Positions 16,125 through 26,163 of a DNA stretch of 64,000 nt are shown in pieces. The stretch spans positions 1 through 64,000 of the forward strand of contig JBHLQH010000009.1 in assembly GCA_048884965.1 (NCBI GenBank). The letters are read 5' to 3'. Position 1 is the first letter of the stretch. Every line of letters starts with the position of its first letter. The notes under the pieces are model-generated. The model was not told the origin of the DNA. It was given only the letters and a program-made list of their open reading frames with translations, and ran no database searches. A program made the translations under genes and the position numbers. Source of the DNA: Candidatus Thorarchaeota archaeon (GTDB lineage Archaea; Asgardarchaeota; Thorarchaeia; Thorarchaeales; Thorarchaeaceae).

Positions 16125-17858
16125 TCAAAGTCGGTGAGCTTTCTTCCAGTGGTTGATAATCTCAGTTACTGTGCTGTCTTCGATCTTTCCATGAGGAGAG
16201 AGTCGTTCAAGTAGCCGGTATGGTGGTTTCAATGTATCAACACTATATCCTTCCTGTATCTTGAATTGCATTCGCAGATGGAAGGACTCTTCTCCCATAC
16301 GGACTAGCTCTTCCTCTGTTCGCTCTTCTCCCAGCGCTTTGAGTGTACTCAATACGATGTCCGGAGTGAATACGGGTCTCGCAAACAGACATAGTACAAG
16401 GGAGTTCAGTACTGATCGCCAGGTGTCCTCCTCTGCGAGCATAGTCCCTATCGCCTCATTGGTCAAGGACTTGGACAATGACTTCTGATCGATGCTGTAG
16501 CCAGCATTATCCAAATGACTGTGACGTATCCCTACCATGTGTCCTACTATGTTCGCCGGACCGGTATGATATCCCGAGGCTTCGTTCCCTTCAAAGTGAA
16601 CCGCGTACTCACCCCCTCCGTATTTCTCTGAAAGAGTCTTCACACCTTGTCCAGCAATCTCATAGAATTCATTTGAAGGATTGGTGATATTGTCAAGTAG
16701 GCTAAGATATACACCTACATCTCCCCATCTGGGTGCAAGGCCAGCAAGATCATCCTTGTTAACAAGACCCTTGTTATAGGCTTCAGTGATCCACCCAAGC
16801 ACAACTCCTGCGCTCATAGCGTCAAACCCTCTTAGGTCTGCTCTCTCTATAAGTTGAAGCACTCCTTCAGTGGTGCCGACACCAAGGTTAGATCCAAGAG
16901 CGAAGATCAGCTCATAGTCATATGGGACATAGATAGTGCCATAGTCCCGATGCTTGGTGTCGAATTGGATGCGCAGTTCTGCAATATGGATACAGCCAAT
17001 CGGACAGGGAACACAAGCGCTTTTCCCAACAAGCAGCTCATCAGCAAAGCGTTCTCCTGATATCTCTTCAGCCCCTTCAAAGTTGAACGAACTGAAATTG
17101 CGGGTGGGAAGAGCCTGCATCTCGTTGAGTGGCAAGACATTCACTGATGTCCCAATGATATCATATTTGTCCATCCTGCCAGTACGCAGCACCAGGTCAT
17201 GTATCTTCTTGTACTCGTTTCGGTACTCCTTCACTGAAGGAACCTTCTGATGTTGGGTACCTGTTATTACGATGCCTTTGAGCATCTTGGCTCCCATAAC
17301 ACATCCAAGGCCAAGCCGTCCAAAGTGTCGCACAGTATCAGCAACGACCATCGCGTAACGTACCTGATTCTCTCCTGCAACTCCTATTCGAAGTATCGAG
17401 CGTCTTCCCTCTCCTGGAGCCTTCTCCTTTAGGATGCGTCCTGTGGCTCTCGTGGACAATCCCCACAATGCATGTGCATTCCGAAACTCAACAGTATCAT
17501 CTTGGATTAGCAAGTAGTGGGGCTTGTCCAGTTTTCCTGTGATCATGATGGCATCATGACCTGCTAGTCGCATTGCCATGCTCAATTTGCCACCTGCATA
17601 GCTTTCCCCAAGATTTCCTGTCAAAGGGGATTTGAAGAGGGCAACAGTCTTGGCACAACAGGGATAGAAAACATTGAGAGGACCAATTGCAAAAATGATA
17701 GGAGCATCAACGTAGGGTGTATTGGGAGGGCAATTGTCAATGAGGAGCTTTGAAGCAACCCCGACACCACCAAGGTACCTTTCGAAGAGGTCTTGTCGGT
17801 CAACAATCTTAGAGGTCTGAGCTGAAAGATCGATGTGGAGGAGTTGTCCCTGTTTCAT
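16125..17858 (-). CDS. aor: Aldehyde:ferredoxin oxidoreductase family (W/Mo-pterin)
   Basis: YLGGVG.A, KSPLTG..GES.AGG, IGVAGEN.V.YA, GRLGLG.VMGAK.LK, C..CPIGC. Confidence 0.9.
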   Translation of the reverse strand: MKQGQLLHIDLSAQTSKIVDRQDLFERYLGGVGVASKLLIDNCPPNTPYVDAPIIFAIGPLNVFYPCCAKTVALFKSPLTGNLGESYAGGKLSMAMRLAGHDAIMITGKLDKPHYLLIQDDTVEFRNAHALWGLSTRATGRILKEKAPGEGRRSILRIGVAGENQVRYAMVVADTVRHFGRLGLGCVMGAKMLKGIVITGTQHQKVPSVKEYRNEYKKIHDLVLRTGRMDKYDIIGTSVNVLPLNEMQALPTRNFSSFNFEGAEEISGERFADELLVGKSACVPCPIGCIHIAELRIQFDTKHRDYGTIYVPYDYELIFALGSNLGVGTTEGVLQLIERADLRGFDAMSAGVVLGWITEAYNKGLVNKDDLAGLAPRWGDVGVYLSLLDNITNPSNEFYEIAGQGVKTLSEKYGGGEYAVHFEGNEASGYHTGPANIVGHMVGIRHSHLDNAGYSIDQKSLSKSLTNEAIGTMLAEEDTWRSVLNSLVLCLFARPVFTPDIVLSTLKALGEERTEEELVRMGEESFHLRMQFKIQEGYSVDTLKPPYRLLERLSPHGKIEDSTVTEIINHWKKAHRL

Positions 17859-18274
17859 TCCTTCACCTCCTCCTTGATAAGAATATCATGAGGACACCAG
17901 TCGACGCACTCGCCGCAGTGAATACAGACCACTGCTTTCTTTCGTAATGGGTCTATGAAGATGGCAGTTAGAGGGCACGCCTGAACACAATCCCCACAGC
18001 CCGTACACTTGACCTGATTGATAATTATGCCGCCACCCGCCTTCTGTTTAATCGCATTATATTGACAAGCTTCTAGGCAGACAGGCTCCTTGCACGCCCT
18101 ACACATGATGACAACATAATTCCCGCCAGAACCTCCTGCAGTCGGAGGCGGTGTGGACTTGATTCGAAGGGCTGCATGGCCGAGATCGACATGTCCTGTT
18201 CGCCTACTACAAGCAAACACGCACGAAAAACATGAGATACAACGTTCCACATTCTCAGGTCTGACTATGAACAA
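17855..18274 (-). CDS. 4Fe-4S dicluster electron-transfer subunit of AOR
   Basis: CISCFSCVFAC, CRAC..PVC..AC, CTGCGDCVQACP, CIHCGECVDWCP; TTG start after GAGGGG (track start 18352). Confidence 0.88.
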   Translation of the reverse strand: MFIVRPENVERCISCFSCVFACSRRTGHVDLGHAALRIKSTPPPTAGGSGGNYVVIMCRACKEPVCLEACQYNAIKQKAGGGIIINQVKCTGCGDCVQACPLTAIFIDPLRKKAVVCIHCGECVDWCPHDILIKEEVKE

Positions 18275-18492
18275 GATACTACCCCTCTTTCTGTACGACT
18301 CACGCTGACCTATCAAACTTGTGTTGGTAGGATTCAAATGGCTCAAGTACACGCATATTTCTAAGAACCTAGATCATGATACCTGATTCTGGCATGGTAT
18401 GAAAGTTAAAAATCAGAGACAATTCTTTATATTCTTTCCATACCGAATGTAATACACGCTCGAGAGAGTGATCGTGAAGAAGGGGAAATTCA

Positions 18493-21400
18493 ATGCGAAA
18501 TAGAGTGATGGCTAAGGCCATTCTCCTACTATTAGTACTTGGATTGTCTGCGCTTTTTAGCAGTCTACCAGCAGTGAATGCTGGTTCTATTCCAAGTGAA
18601 GCCGGGACCATCGTCCCTCAGATGGACCAAAACACCCTCCCTAAGAGCGAGTATCTTGCTCCTGATAATCCTGAGGTTCAGGTCCCCGAAATACAGAACG
18701 AAGTTATGTCGCCTGCTGAGATCAAGGCGGAACTTGACAAGCTCTATTCTAGAGATACGGATCAGACCTTGCAGTATGCAAAGAGGTCGATTGGAACAGT
18801 ATTCTCAGAAGAAACAAGTAGCACTGACCAGATGATTGTAAGGTTCAATTCGTTTGAGGACAGAGATGCTTTTGTAGAAACACTTCCTTCTGGAGTGCTA
18901 TATACATGTCTTGCAACTTTGCCATATGTCATTATTTCAAAGACGAGTCAGGTCTATCATATGCTTACACAAACCACAGGCATCACCCGAATCATGGATG
19001 ACAGACTCCTATCCGCACCCGAGTATCAGGCCTATGATGTTGACAATAAGGAGTACGACCTATCCATGTACAATAGCGAGGGTCGTATCGGTTCATGGGA
19101 TATGCACTCCCTTGGTTACACTGGGAAAGGAGTAAAGGTGGCTGTGCTCGATACTGGTATCGATTCGGCCCATCCCGATTTGATGTACACGAGTGATGGA
19201 CATGTCAAGGTTATTGCTGAGCAATCATTCATAGATGTAAACTTTGATGGCATTCCCGATGAGGGGCCCGAGGACATAATTGGTCATGGAACCCATGTCG
19301 CTGGAACAGTTGCAGGTAATGGATATCAAATCGGCGTGGCTCCTGATGCACTGCTCATGAATGCGAAGGTTTGCTCATCAATTGGATGTGCAACCAGCTG
19401 GATGATTGAGGCTGTCGAATGGGCAATTCTCAATGACGCTGATATCATAACGATGAGTATAGGTGGATCAACATTCTGGGGTCTTGATGCCCTAGATGAT
19501 ATCCTCGATTATGCATGGCAACAAGGCATCGTAGTCACCATTGCAGCTGGCAATGATGGCCCTGCCGCATCATCTGTTCAGAGCCCCGGCACTGGTCCAC
19601 GCGTAATCACTGTCGCGTCCTCAGATGGTTATGATCTAATCACTGCCTTCTCAGGTCGAGGCCCAAGCGCGTTTGGTCACTACGATCCAGATATCGCTGC
19701 TCCCGGCGACTACATCTTCTCAACATTGCCTGGAGCAGCCTATGGTATCTATGGTGGGACATCTATGGCGACTCCGCATGTTGCTGGTGCAGCTGCACTA
19801 CTACTCGAAGCTCATCCCCGAGCTAATCCTGATATGGTCAAGGCAAACCTGATGTGGAATGCTAAGGATGTCGGACTTCCAACAACTGTACAGGGAGCTG
19901 GGTTGGTTGACCTTGTTGAAACTAACGAGAATTGGAACAAGTATCTTGCTATCCTTTTCCCGACATTCAATGAGTACGATGTCCTCTACTTGTCTCCTGG
20001 CGAGACATTCACTGGCTATTTCTCCTATGTCAATAGCCGACAAGACCCAATCGCACCCTGGTTCAAGCTGGACAAGAGTGATGCATTCGAAATCACAATC
20101 GACCGTGCAACGATGACTTGCGATATGTGGAAAGAGTTCTTTGGTGATAGAAGCAGCTTCGGTCAGCAATTCATACCATTCACTGTGACTGCGCCTTCTA
20201 ATGCACTACCTGGAGATCAGTTCTCTAGAGAGATCACGGCCTACTATTGGAAAGGAACATCCTATGGCGGCTCTGTGCATCCCCTGAGGACGAAGATGAC
20301 CCTTACTATTGAAATGGTCCAACCTGAGGATGATGCCTATACTGGTACTGATGCTAGTGATACTTTTCCAGGTGCCACCGAGGTACCATTCGGTAACTAT
20401 TCTGGATACATGTCAGACATTGACTACTACAAGGTCTGGCTTGAAGCAGATGAAACCTATACCTTCATTCTTGATGGTCTTCTTGGTTATAGCGACTACG
20501 ACCTAGCTGTGTACGGCGAATCAGGTGAGATTCTGAACTACGGATACACCGGTGGTGGTGAAGTAGTGACGATTACCACAGAAACAGAGGGATACTATAT
20601 CCTCCGAGTAGATCCTTGGTCATTGCTCATAGATCCTTGGGCAAACATGGATACGACTGGACCATATAACCTCTGGATGCTTGTAGGTGGAGAAACCGGT
20701 GGAGGTGGAAGTGGAGGAAATGGCACCTTAGTAGAGTATGTCAGTTCTGATATCTTTGGAACGGACTTTGATGGAGATTCAATCTATGACTATCTAGTAG
20801 TAAGTGTAACCCTCGATGTCAGTTCGCCAGGCCTTCTTGACATCTATGCTTTCCTTGCTCTGGATAAGAGTCCAGAATGGAACAAGTGGCTCTATGGAGT
20901 AGCATTTGCTGAGAACTTAGAGATCACAGCCACAGGTATCCAAGAGGTATATCTGTTCCTTGAGGGAACCAATGTCGCAGATCAGAACTTTGTAGGTTCT
21001 CATGTGCTTCTAGAGCTGTTCATTGGTGATCCGTCGACTTTCACAATTCTACTGGACCTACTGAATGTGTACACGTCGCCTGTTTTGGATTCTGCAGACT
21101 TTGGCCAGTACCATATGCAATACAGTACCTATTCAGTAGAGCCTTTTGATGAGGATGCTGATGGGACTGCAGACTGGCTTGCAGTGGATGTCACAGTAGA
21201 TATCGGTGAAACCTTTGATTACTGGATGACTTACTTCACCTGCACATTGTATCACCCTGCTGGATACTTCTTCTGGAATGCATATGATCCAATTCTGGAC
21301 CTATCTGTACCCGGACTGCAAACAATGCGTTTCCTGTTCGACCCTGCCACCTTTGTCACTGGGCAAACTGGCACACTTGATTTGGAGATCGTTATTGTAT

Positions 21401-24162
21401 ACTCTTGGGACCATCCATTGAATTTCATGACACTTCATAATGGGATGATCCCCTACATTCTAGCAGTTGGTGAAGTATTTACTGTTGACTTGGCCGACTT
21501 CACCTCTGGTGGTGGTGTAAGCGAGATAACTGACATTCTGGATTATGGGTTGGATGTTGATGGTGACACACGATTTGACTACTTGGCCTTCGACGTTTCC
21601 ATTCATGTGGAATCTGCAGGATACTTCGCACTTTCCTTACAGCCTTGGCTCTGGTCGATTCCCGATCAAGAGGTCGTCTTCGCATATGATGGAAGCTCAT
21701 TGGCACCACAATGGTACGAGCCAGGTGACTATACAATCACCCTCCTGCTGAGTGGTGAGGTCATCAATGGTGCTGGAAATGATGGACCATTCCTAGTCCT
21801 GTATTTCTGGCTAGACTTGTACGAGATGGGATACTATGGTCTTGATTTTGTAGGTACTCCTGACTTTGTACAGAACTATGAAACTGAACCCTATGTATCA
21901 TCAGACTTCGATACATCTGGAGCGAAGTTCATTGGTATCTCAGCCGTCAACTATGTTGACCTGAATGCTGATGGAAGTGATGAGAGTATCGAGCTTGTTC
22001 TGGAGTTTGAGGTAGGCTATCCATGTGAATTCGATATCATGCTTGAGATGTATAGCTACCCCATCGATGCAATCTTCTACATGCCCTCGTATGTCTATAC
22101 CATTATCGAAACACCAGGAATACAAACAGTATCTGTGATTTTGGATGGTCAGGACTTCTACCAGCAGCAATATCAAGGAAAGATGGAAATCTGGGTAATC
22201 GATGTCTGGAGCATTGACAACGCGACCTTTACCTTTACAAATGCGTTCTTCAGCTACCAGAATGGACTATTCGATGTTGACTACACTCTTCTACCTGGAG
22301 CGGCTCCTGCAGCTTCGATCTATGGATTCTATGACTATGGCTTGGATATAAATGGAAATGGATTCTATGACTATCTGGTTGTCAATTTCCTGATTGAGGT
22401 TCAGAACCCACGAGACTTCTTGATCTATATGGATGTCTGGGGTGACGCTTCGACAGGGTACTGGAGTCTTGTTGGATTCTACTCTGCATACTTCACCGCT
22501 ACAGAGCAGGGTCTAATGTCCATCGAATTGTACATTCCATCAGAAGACATTCTCAATAATGTCTATGATGAGTACACGAACTTCGAACTCTGGGTCACTC
22601 TTGTCGATGCTACGATATGGTATCAACTTGACTTCTTAGGGCCTGTCTACACAGACTGGTACTATATCCCAGATTTCGAACCTGCTCTAGGGTGGATCGA
22701 GTCTGTATTCGATTATGCCGAGGACACTAATGGAAACGGTCTATTCGAGAATCTTGTTGTCAGTGTCACTCTGAACATCCATGAACCAAGGGATCTGTTC
22801 CTTGACATGGAGTTCTTCGGTGGTGCCTCAACAGGCTATTCAGTCCATATAGGCAGTTTCTATGACTTCCTCTCCTTCCCTGATCCTGGTTTGCTGATAG
22901 TGGAGCTACGAGTTCCATCTACGAGCATTCTCAATAGCATATCTGATGCAGAAACTGACTTTCTGATGTATCTCTCCTTGCAGGATGCAATGTATGGCGA
23001 AGAACTGGACTTCTTCCCACCAGTTTTCACCAACTGGTACGATATGTCTAACTTCGAGCCTGCTTCTGTTGGCATAGTGGGTATCTATGACTACCCCGAA
23101 GATACGAATGGGAATGGTCTTTTTGAGAACCTTGTTGTTGGAGTTACGTTAGATATCCAACGGCTAGATGATTTCATTATCATCATTGATGTCTGGGGAG
23201 ATGCATCTATGGAATACTATAGTTTGGTTGGGACATTCGATGCATACTTCACTCCATCTGATATTGGATCGTTCTCTCTAGAATTGTACATACCCTCTGG
23301 TTCTATCCTGAACAATGTACTAGATCCGGCAACAGACTTTCAAGTCAATGTGCAGGTGTGGGATGCTCATACCTATGCAGTTCTTGATCGAGATGGGCCA
23401 TTCTATACCGGTTGGTATGATATGTCTGATTTCGAGCCTGCATCTAGTATCTACGGCGTATTTGACTACGGTTTGGATGCTAATGGTAATGGTCTCTATG
23501 ATGCGCTGATGATTGAGGTTCTGGTTGAGCTAGTATATACTGGAGAGTTCATTGTCGACCTAGCAGTCTGGGGTGATGCCTCAACTGGTTACACGTCAGA
23601 TGTGGGGTCCTATTCCGTCTATTTCAGTATAGACACTCCAGGTATCTATTCAGTTCCCATACAGATACCATCCATAGATATCCTGAATAGCATAATGGAT
23701 GAATCAACAGACTTCGAGCTATACATCTGGCTGGTTGATGCTGATACATACACTGTCATCGATCACGACTATGCAATCTACACAAATTGGTACGCCATCT
23801 CTGACTTTGAGGTTGCTTGGCAATACAGTACCTACTACTACACCTATGATGCAGATGGAGACACTTGCGATGATACTATCGATGTCGGACTTGATTTCGC
23901 GTTCTACAACCTGAGCGGAGTAGATGTTGAAATCTATCTTGATGCATGGTATTGGGATAATGTCACAGCTAACTATACCTACATCGAAACACTGGTTCAA
24001 TCGTTCTCTGTAACAGAGAATCCCAGTTTCTTCTCGATAGTGTTCACATGGCCTGCACCTATGGATGGTGACTTTGCATTCGTGTTGAGCATCTATATCG
24101 ATGGTGAGCTGTTCACGTACGAATTCATCTATTGGTACGGAGCTTGCGAATACATACCCTAG
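18493..24162 (+). CDS. Giant secreted S8 subtilase with PPC domain and 9 C-terminal Ca-binding repeat domains
   Basis: Signal peptide; VAVLDTG, GHGTHVAG, AAGN, GTSMATPHVAG catalytic motifs; repeats beginning D.D/N.D/NG. Confidence 0.92.
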   Translation: MRNRVMAKAILLLLVLGLSALFSSLPAVNAGSIPSEAGTIVPQMDQNTLPKSEYLAPDNPEVQVPEIQNEVMSPAEIKAELDKLYSRDTDQTLQYAKRSIGTVFSEETSSTDQMIVRFNSFEDRDAFVETLPSGVLYTCLATLPYVIISKTSQVYHMLTQTTGITRIMDDRLLSAPEYQAYDVDNKEYDLSMYNSEGRIGSWDMHSLGYTGKGVKVAVLDTGIDSAHPDLMYTSDGHVKVIAEQSFIDVNFDGIPDEGPEDIIGHGTHVAGTVAGNGYQIGVAPDALLMNAKVCSSIGCATSWMIEAVEWAILNDADIITMSIGGSTFWGLDALDDILDYAWQQGIVVTIAAGNDGPAASSVQSPGTGPRVITVASSDGYDLITAFSGRGPSAFGHYDPDIAAPGDYIFSTLPGAAYGIYGGTSMATPHVAGAAALLLEAHPRANPDMVKANLMWNAKDVGLPTTVQGAGLVDLVETNENWNKYLAILFPTFNEYDVLYLSPGETFTGYFSYVNSRQDPIAPWFKLDKSDAFEITIDRATMTCDMWKEFFGDRSSFGQQFIPFTVTAPSNALPGDQFSREITAYYWKGTSYGGSVHPLRTKMTLTIEMVQPEDDAYTGTDASDTFPGATEVPFGNYSGYMSDIDYYKVWLEADETYTFILDGLLGYSDYDLAVYGESGEILNYGYTGGGEVVTITTETEGYYILRVDPWSLLIDPWANMDTTGPYNLWMLVGGETGGGGSGGNGTLVEYVSSDIFGTDFDGDSIYDYLVVSVTLDVSSPGLLDIYAFLALDKSPEWNKWLYGVAFAENLEITATGIQEVYLFLEGTNVADQNFVGSHVLLELFIGDPSTFTILLDLLNVYTSPVLDSADFGQYHMQYSTYSVEPFDEDADGTADWLAVDVTVDIGETFDYWMTYFTCTLYHPAGYFFWNAYDPILDLSVPGLQTMRFLFDPATFVTGQTGTLDLEIVIVYSWDHPLNFMTLHNGMIPYILAVGEVFTVDLADFTSGGGVSEITDILDYGLDVDGDTRFDYLAFDVSIHVESAGYFALSLQPWLWSIPDQEVVFAYDGSSLAPQWYEPGDYTITLLLSGEVINGAGNDGPFLVLYFWLDLYEMGYYGLDFVGTPDFVQNYETEPYVSSDFDTSGAKFIGISAVNYVDLNADGSDESIELVLEFEVGYPCEFDIMLEMYSYPIDAIFYMPSYVYTIIETPGIQTVSVILDGQDFYQQQYQGKMEIWVIDVWSIDNATFTFTNAFFSYQNGLFDVDYTLLPGAAPAASIYGFYDYGLDINGNGFYDYLVVNFLIEVQNPRDFLIYMDVWGDASTGYWSLVGFYSAYFTATEQGLMSIELYIPSEDILNNVYDEYTNFELWVTLVDATIWYQLDFLGPVYTDWYYIPDFEPALGWIESVFDYAEDTNGNGLFENLVVSVTLNIHEPRDLFLDMEFFGGASTGYSVHIGSFYDFLSFPDPGLLIVELRVPSTSILNSISDAETDFLMYLSLQDAMYGEELDFFPPVFTNWYDMSNFEPASVGIVGIYDYPEDTNGNGLFENLVVGVTLDIQRLDDFIIIIDVWGDASMEYYSLVGTFDAYFTPSDIGSFSLELYIPSGSILNNVLDPATDFQVNVQVWDAHTYAVLDRDGPFYTGWYDMSDFEPASSIYGVFDYGLDANGNGLYDALMIEVLVELVYTGEFIVDLAVWGDASTGYTSDVGSYSVYFSIDTPGIYSVPIQIPSIDILNSIMDESTDFELYIWLVDADTYTVIDHDYAIYTNWYAISDFEVAWQYSTYYYTYDADGDTCDDTIDVGLDFAFYNLSGVDVEIYLDAWYWDNVTANYTYIETLVQSFSVTENPSFFSIVFTWPAPMDGDFAFVLSIYIDGELFTYEFIYWYGACEYIP

Positions 24163-24191
24163 TCGATTCTCATATCTCGTACATCCGCCTA

Positions 24192-24229
24192 AGGGACAGG
24201 TCCAGATGGCCTGTCCCTGTTTTCTTTTT
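24192..24229 (+). terminator. Hairpin plus T-tract after the subtilase
   Basis: AGGGACAGG...CCTGTCCCT-GTTTTCTTTTT. Confidence 0.75.
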
Positions 24230-24448
24230 CAGCTCAAAGATTCTCTCTTCTCTTGATGTGCCATGGAATTCAAGAGATAATCCACGCTCTTTCCAGTCAG
24301 TCAGGTATTGCTTTCACCCATAACAATAGTTAACGATTTCTAGATAGATGTTCTTTCAATCGATGTATTATCTATAATTAAATTTCGAATGATAACGCTT
24401 CAAAAAGACTTAACTTAGGTTTGTACCGAACTACTCAGGCTGATATAC

Positions 24449-25366
24449 ATGCAATATACCGTGATGGATAGTGTTGTGAAGTCGGTCTATCTCTTTCATA
24501 GGGATGGCAATCCTCTATTACAGGTGCCTCTCGACGAAGCTGACAAGATCAAGCCCCAGTCCATCAAAGGTCTCTTTGAACGATTATTCAGCGCTATCGA
24601 TGAAATCTTTACCGAATTAGGGCACCCTGAGATTCGATCTGTCGCAGTAAATGAAGGACTATTGGTATATAAGGTTCAAGATCCATTCCTTTTTGCAGTG
24701 TATACAAACAAACCCAAATCTGAGGAGTTCGCAAAGCAACTTGTAGAGCAGATCGAATACGAGTTTGAACGGGTCTACAATGATTTGCCTCGAATTGGTG
24801 ATTCATCGGTCTATGAGGGGCATTTCAATCCCTTTGAATCAAAAATCAGAGAGATATACGAAACCTTGGTGAACCTCAGAAAGGAATATCCAAAGCTCTT
24901 GGCATACCTCCCCTCATTCGTGCCTCTCTTTCGTCTGAATGAGGTCCTTAATCTGGGATTAGATATCATCGCTGGATATCCTCATGATACAATCAAGCTT
25001 GTTCGTCAACTCAATTTGTTCTTCTCCGATGATCAAGGTCTCGAGGATGTCATCGCCAGGACTATTGGGCGCTATTCAGGACATCAGATAGCCAAGAACC
25101 ACTTTGAACCCTCAATGGTCATCAATCAAGAGAATGTTCTTGATTTACTGAATGAGATCTCTGTTACAAAGCTTGATGAAACAAACGAGGTCTTTGATGT
25201 TGTCCTCTGTCCTGTTTGCAGAGAGAAGACATCAGAGAAACCCATGTGTCATTTCTTTAGCGGTTTCATAGAAGGTGCACTCGATAATCCTAGTATCTCT
25301 GTGGAGGAGATTTCCTGCAAGGCTACTGGCGAGAGAAGCTGTAAATTCAGATTACTCATCTCGTGA
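24449..25366 (+). CDS. Longin-like N-domain fused to V4R (Bet3-related fold) domain
   Basis: SVYLFHRDGNPLL...LFSAI...IRSV.V..G.LVY....FLFAVY longin pattern; CPVC...MCHFFSGFIEG...VEEISC...G...CKF V4R. Confidence 0.75.
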   Translation: MQYTVMDSVVKSVYLFHRDGNPLLQVPLDEADKIKPQSIKGLFERLFSAIDEIFTELGHPEIRSVAVNEGLLVYKVQDPFLFAVYTNKPKSEEFAKQLVEQIEYEFERVYNDLPRIGDSSVYEGHFNPFESKIREIYETLVNLRKEYPKLLAYLPSFVPLFRLNEVLNLGLDIIAGYPHDTIKLVRQLNLFFSDDQGLEDVIARTIGRYSGHQIAKNHFEPSMVINQENVLDLLNEISVTKLDETNEVFDVVLCPVCREKTSEKPMCHFFSGFIEGALDNPSISVEEISCKATGERSCKFRLLIS

Positions 25367-25446
25367 AACGTCATCCTATCCTAGTGGATATCAATTCCTT
25401 CGACTCAGGAAGACTTAACTTCTAGAAGTCTGAAGTAAAATTCCGG

Positions 25447-25785
25447 GTGATTTCCATTCAAACTAATCTGATTGACCCCGAAGATGTATTTCTCATCAGC
25501 GTCGAGGCATTAATCGTAGTTGGACTTCTAGTCGCAGTCATATTCGCATATATCATTCAGAGGCAGCATGCCAAGATTACAAGTGGATGGAACTTCATCT
25601 TCTTTGGTCTTATCTTCCTACTGCTTCATTCGATATTTGACACCCTTGATACATTACAGCTTGATGATTTTGTCATAGATATCCTCCAGCTTCTTGATGG
25701 GTCGACATTCGTTCTGGGTCTACTTATGTTCGCCTTTGGAATATACAAGATCGCCGAGTATGGCGCGAAGAGATGGGGGTTGTAA
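25447..25785 (+). CDS. Small membrane protein (3 TM)
   Basis: Three hydrophobic helices with intramembrane D..D (SIFDTLD). Confidence 0.7.
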   Translation: MISIQTNLIDPEDVFLISVEALIVVGLLVAVIFAYIIQRQHAKITSGWNFIFFGLIFLLLHSIFDTLDTLQLDDFVIDILQLLDGSTFVLGLLMFAFGIYKIAEYGAKRWGL

Positions 25786-25788
25786 AAG

Positions 25789-26163
25789 ATGCAAGAACTA
25801 CAAATCGATTTTCACCCACCTGATGATATCCTAAGCCTGACCAAAGCATTCTTGGATGCTGGAGCGGCAGTCGTCTTTGTCATTGTCCTGCTTGTGGTCA
25901 TCTATGCCAGAAAGCGATATCCCATTATGGAACGAAATCGAACTTTCCTACCACTTCTGCTCTTCTCGATATTCGGTGTGATTTCGACAACCATGGACGC
26001 CATTGATGAGTGGTATTGGTTCAGTCCCAGTGCCTTCTATGATACAATTTGGAAACCCACGAGGCTTTTGCTCTTTGTCATTGGCATCTTCATACTTGTC
26101 ATAGCTTTCCATCAGTTCTATGGTTTCTCAGAGCGCCTCTTCGGAGAAGAAGTTGATGGATGA
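25789..26163 (+). CDS. Small membrane protein (3 TM), probable paralogue of the upstream gene
   Basis: Three hydrophobic helices, TMDAID, C-terminal Y.F..R..G similar to the neighbour. Confidence 0.7.
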   Translation: MQELQIDFHPPDDILSLTKAFLDAGAAVVFVIVLLVVIYARKRYPIMERNRTFLPLLLFSIFGVISTTMDAIDEWYWFSPSAFYDTIWKPTRLLLFVIGIFILVIAFHQFYGFSERLFGEEVDG

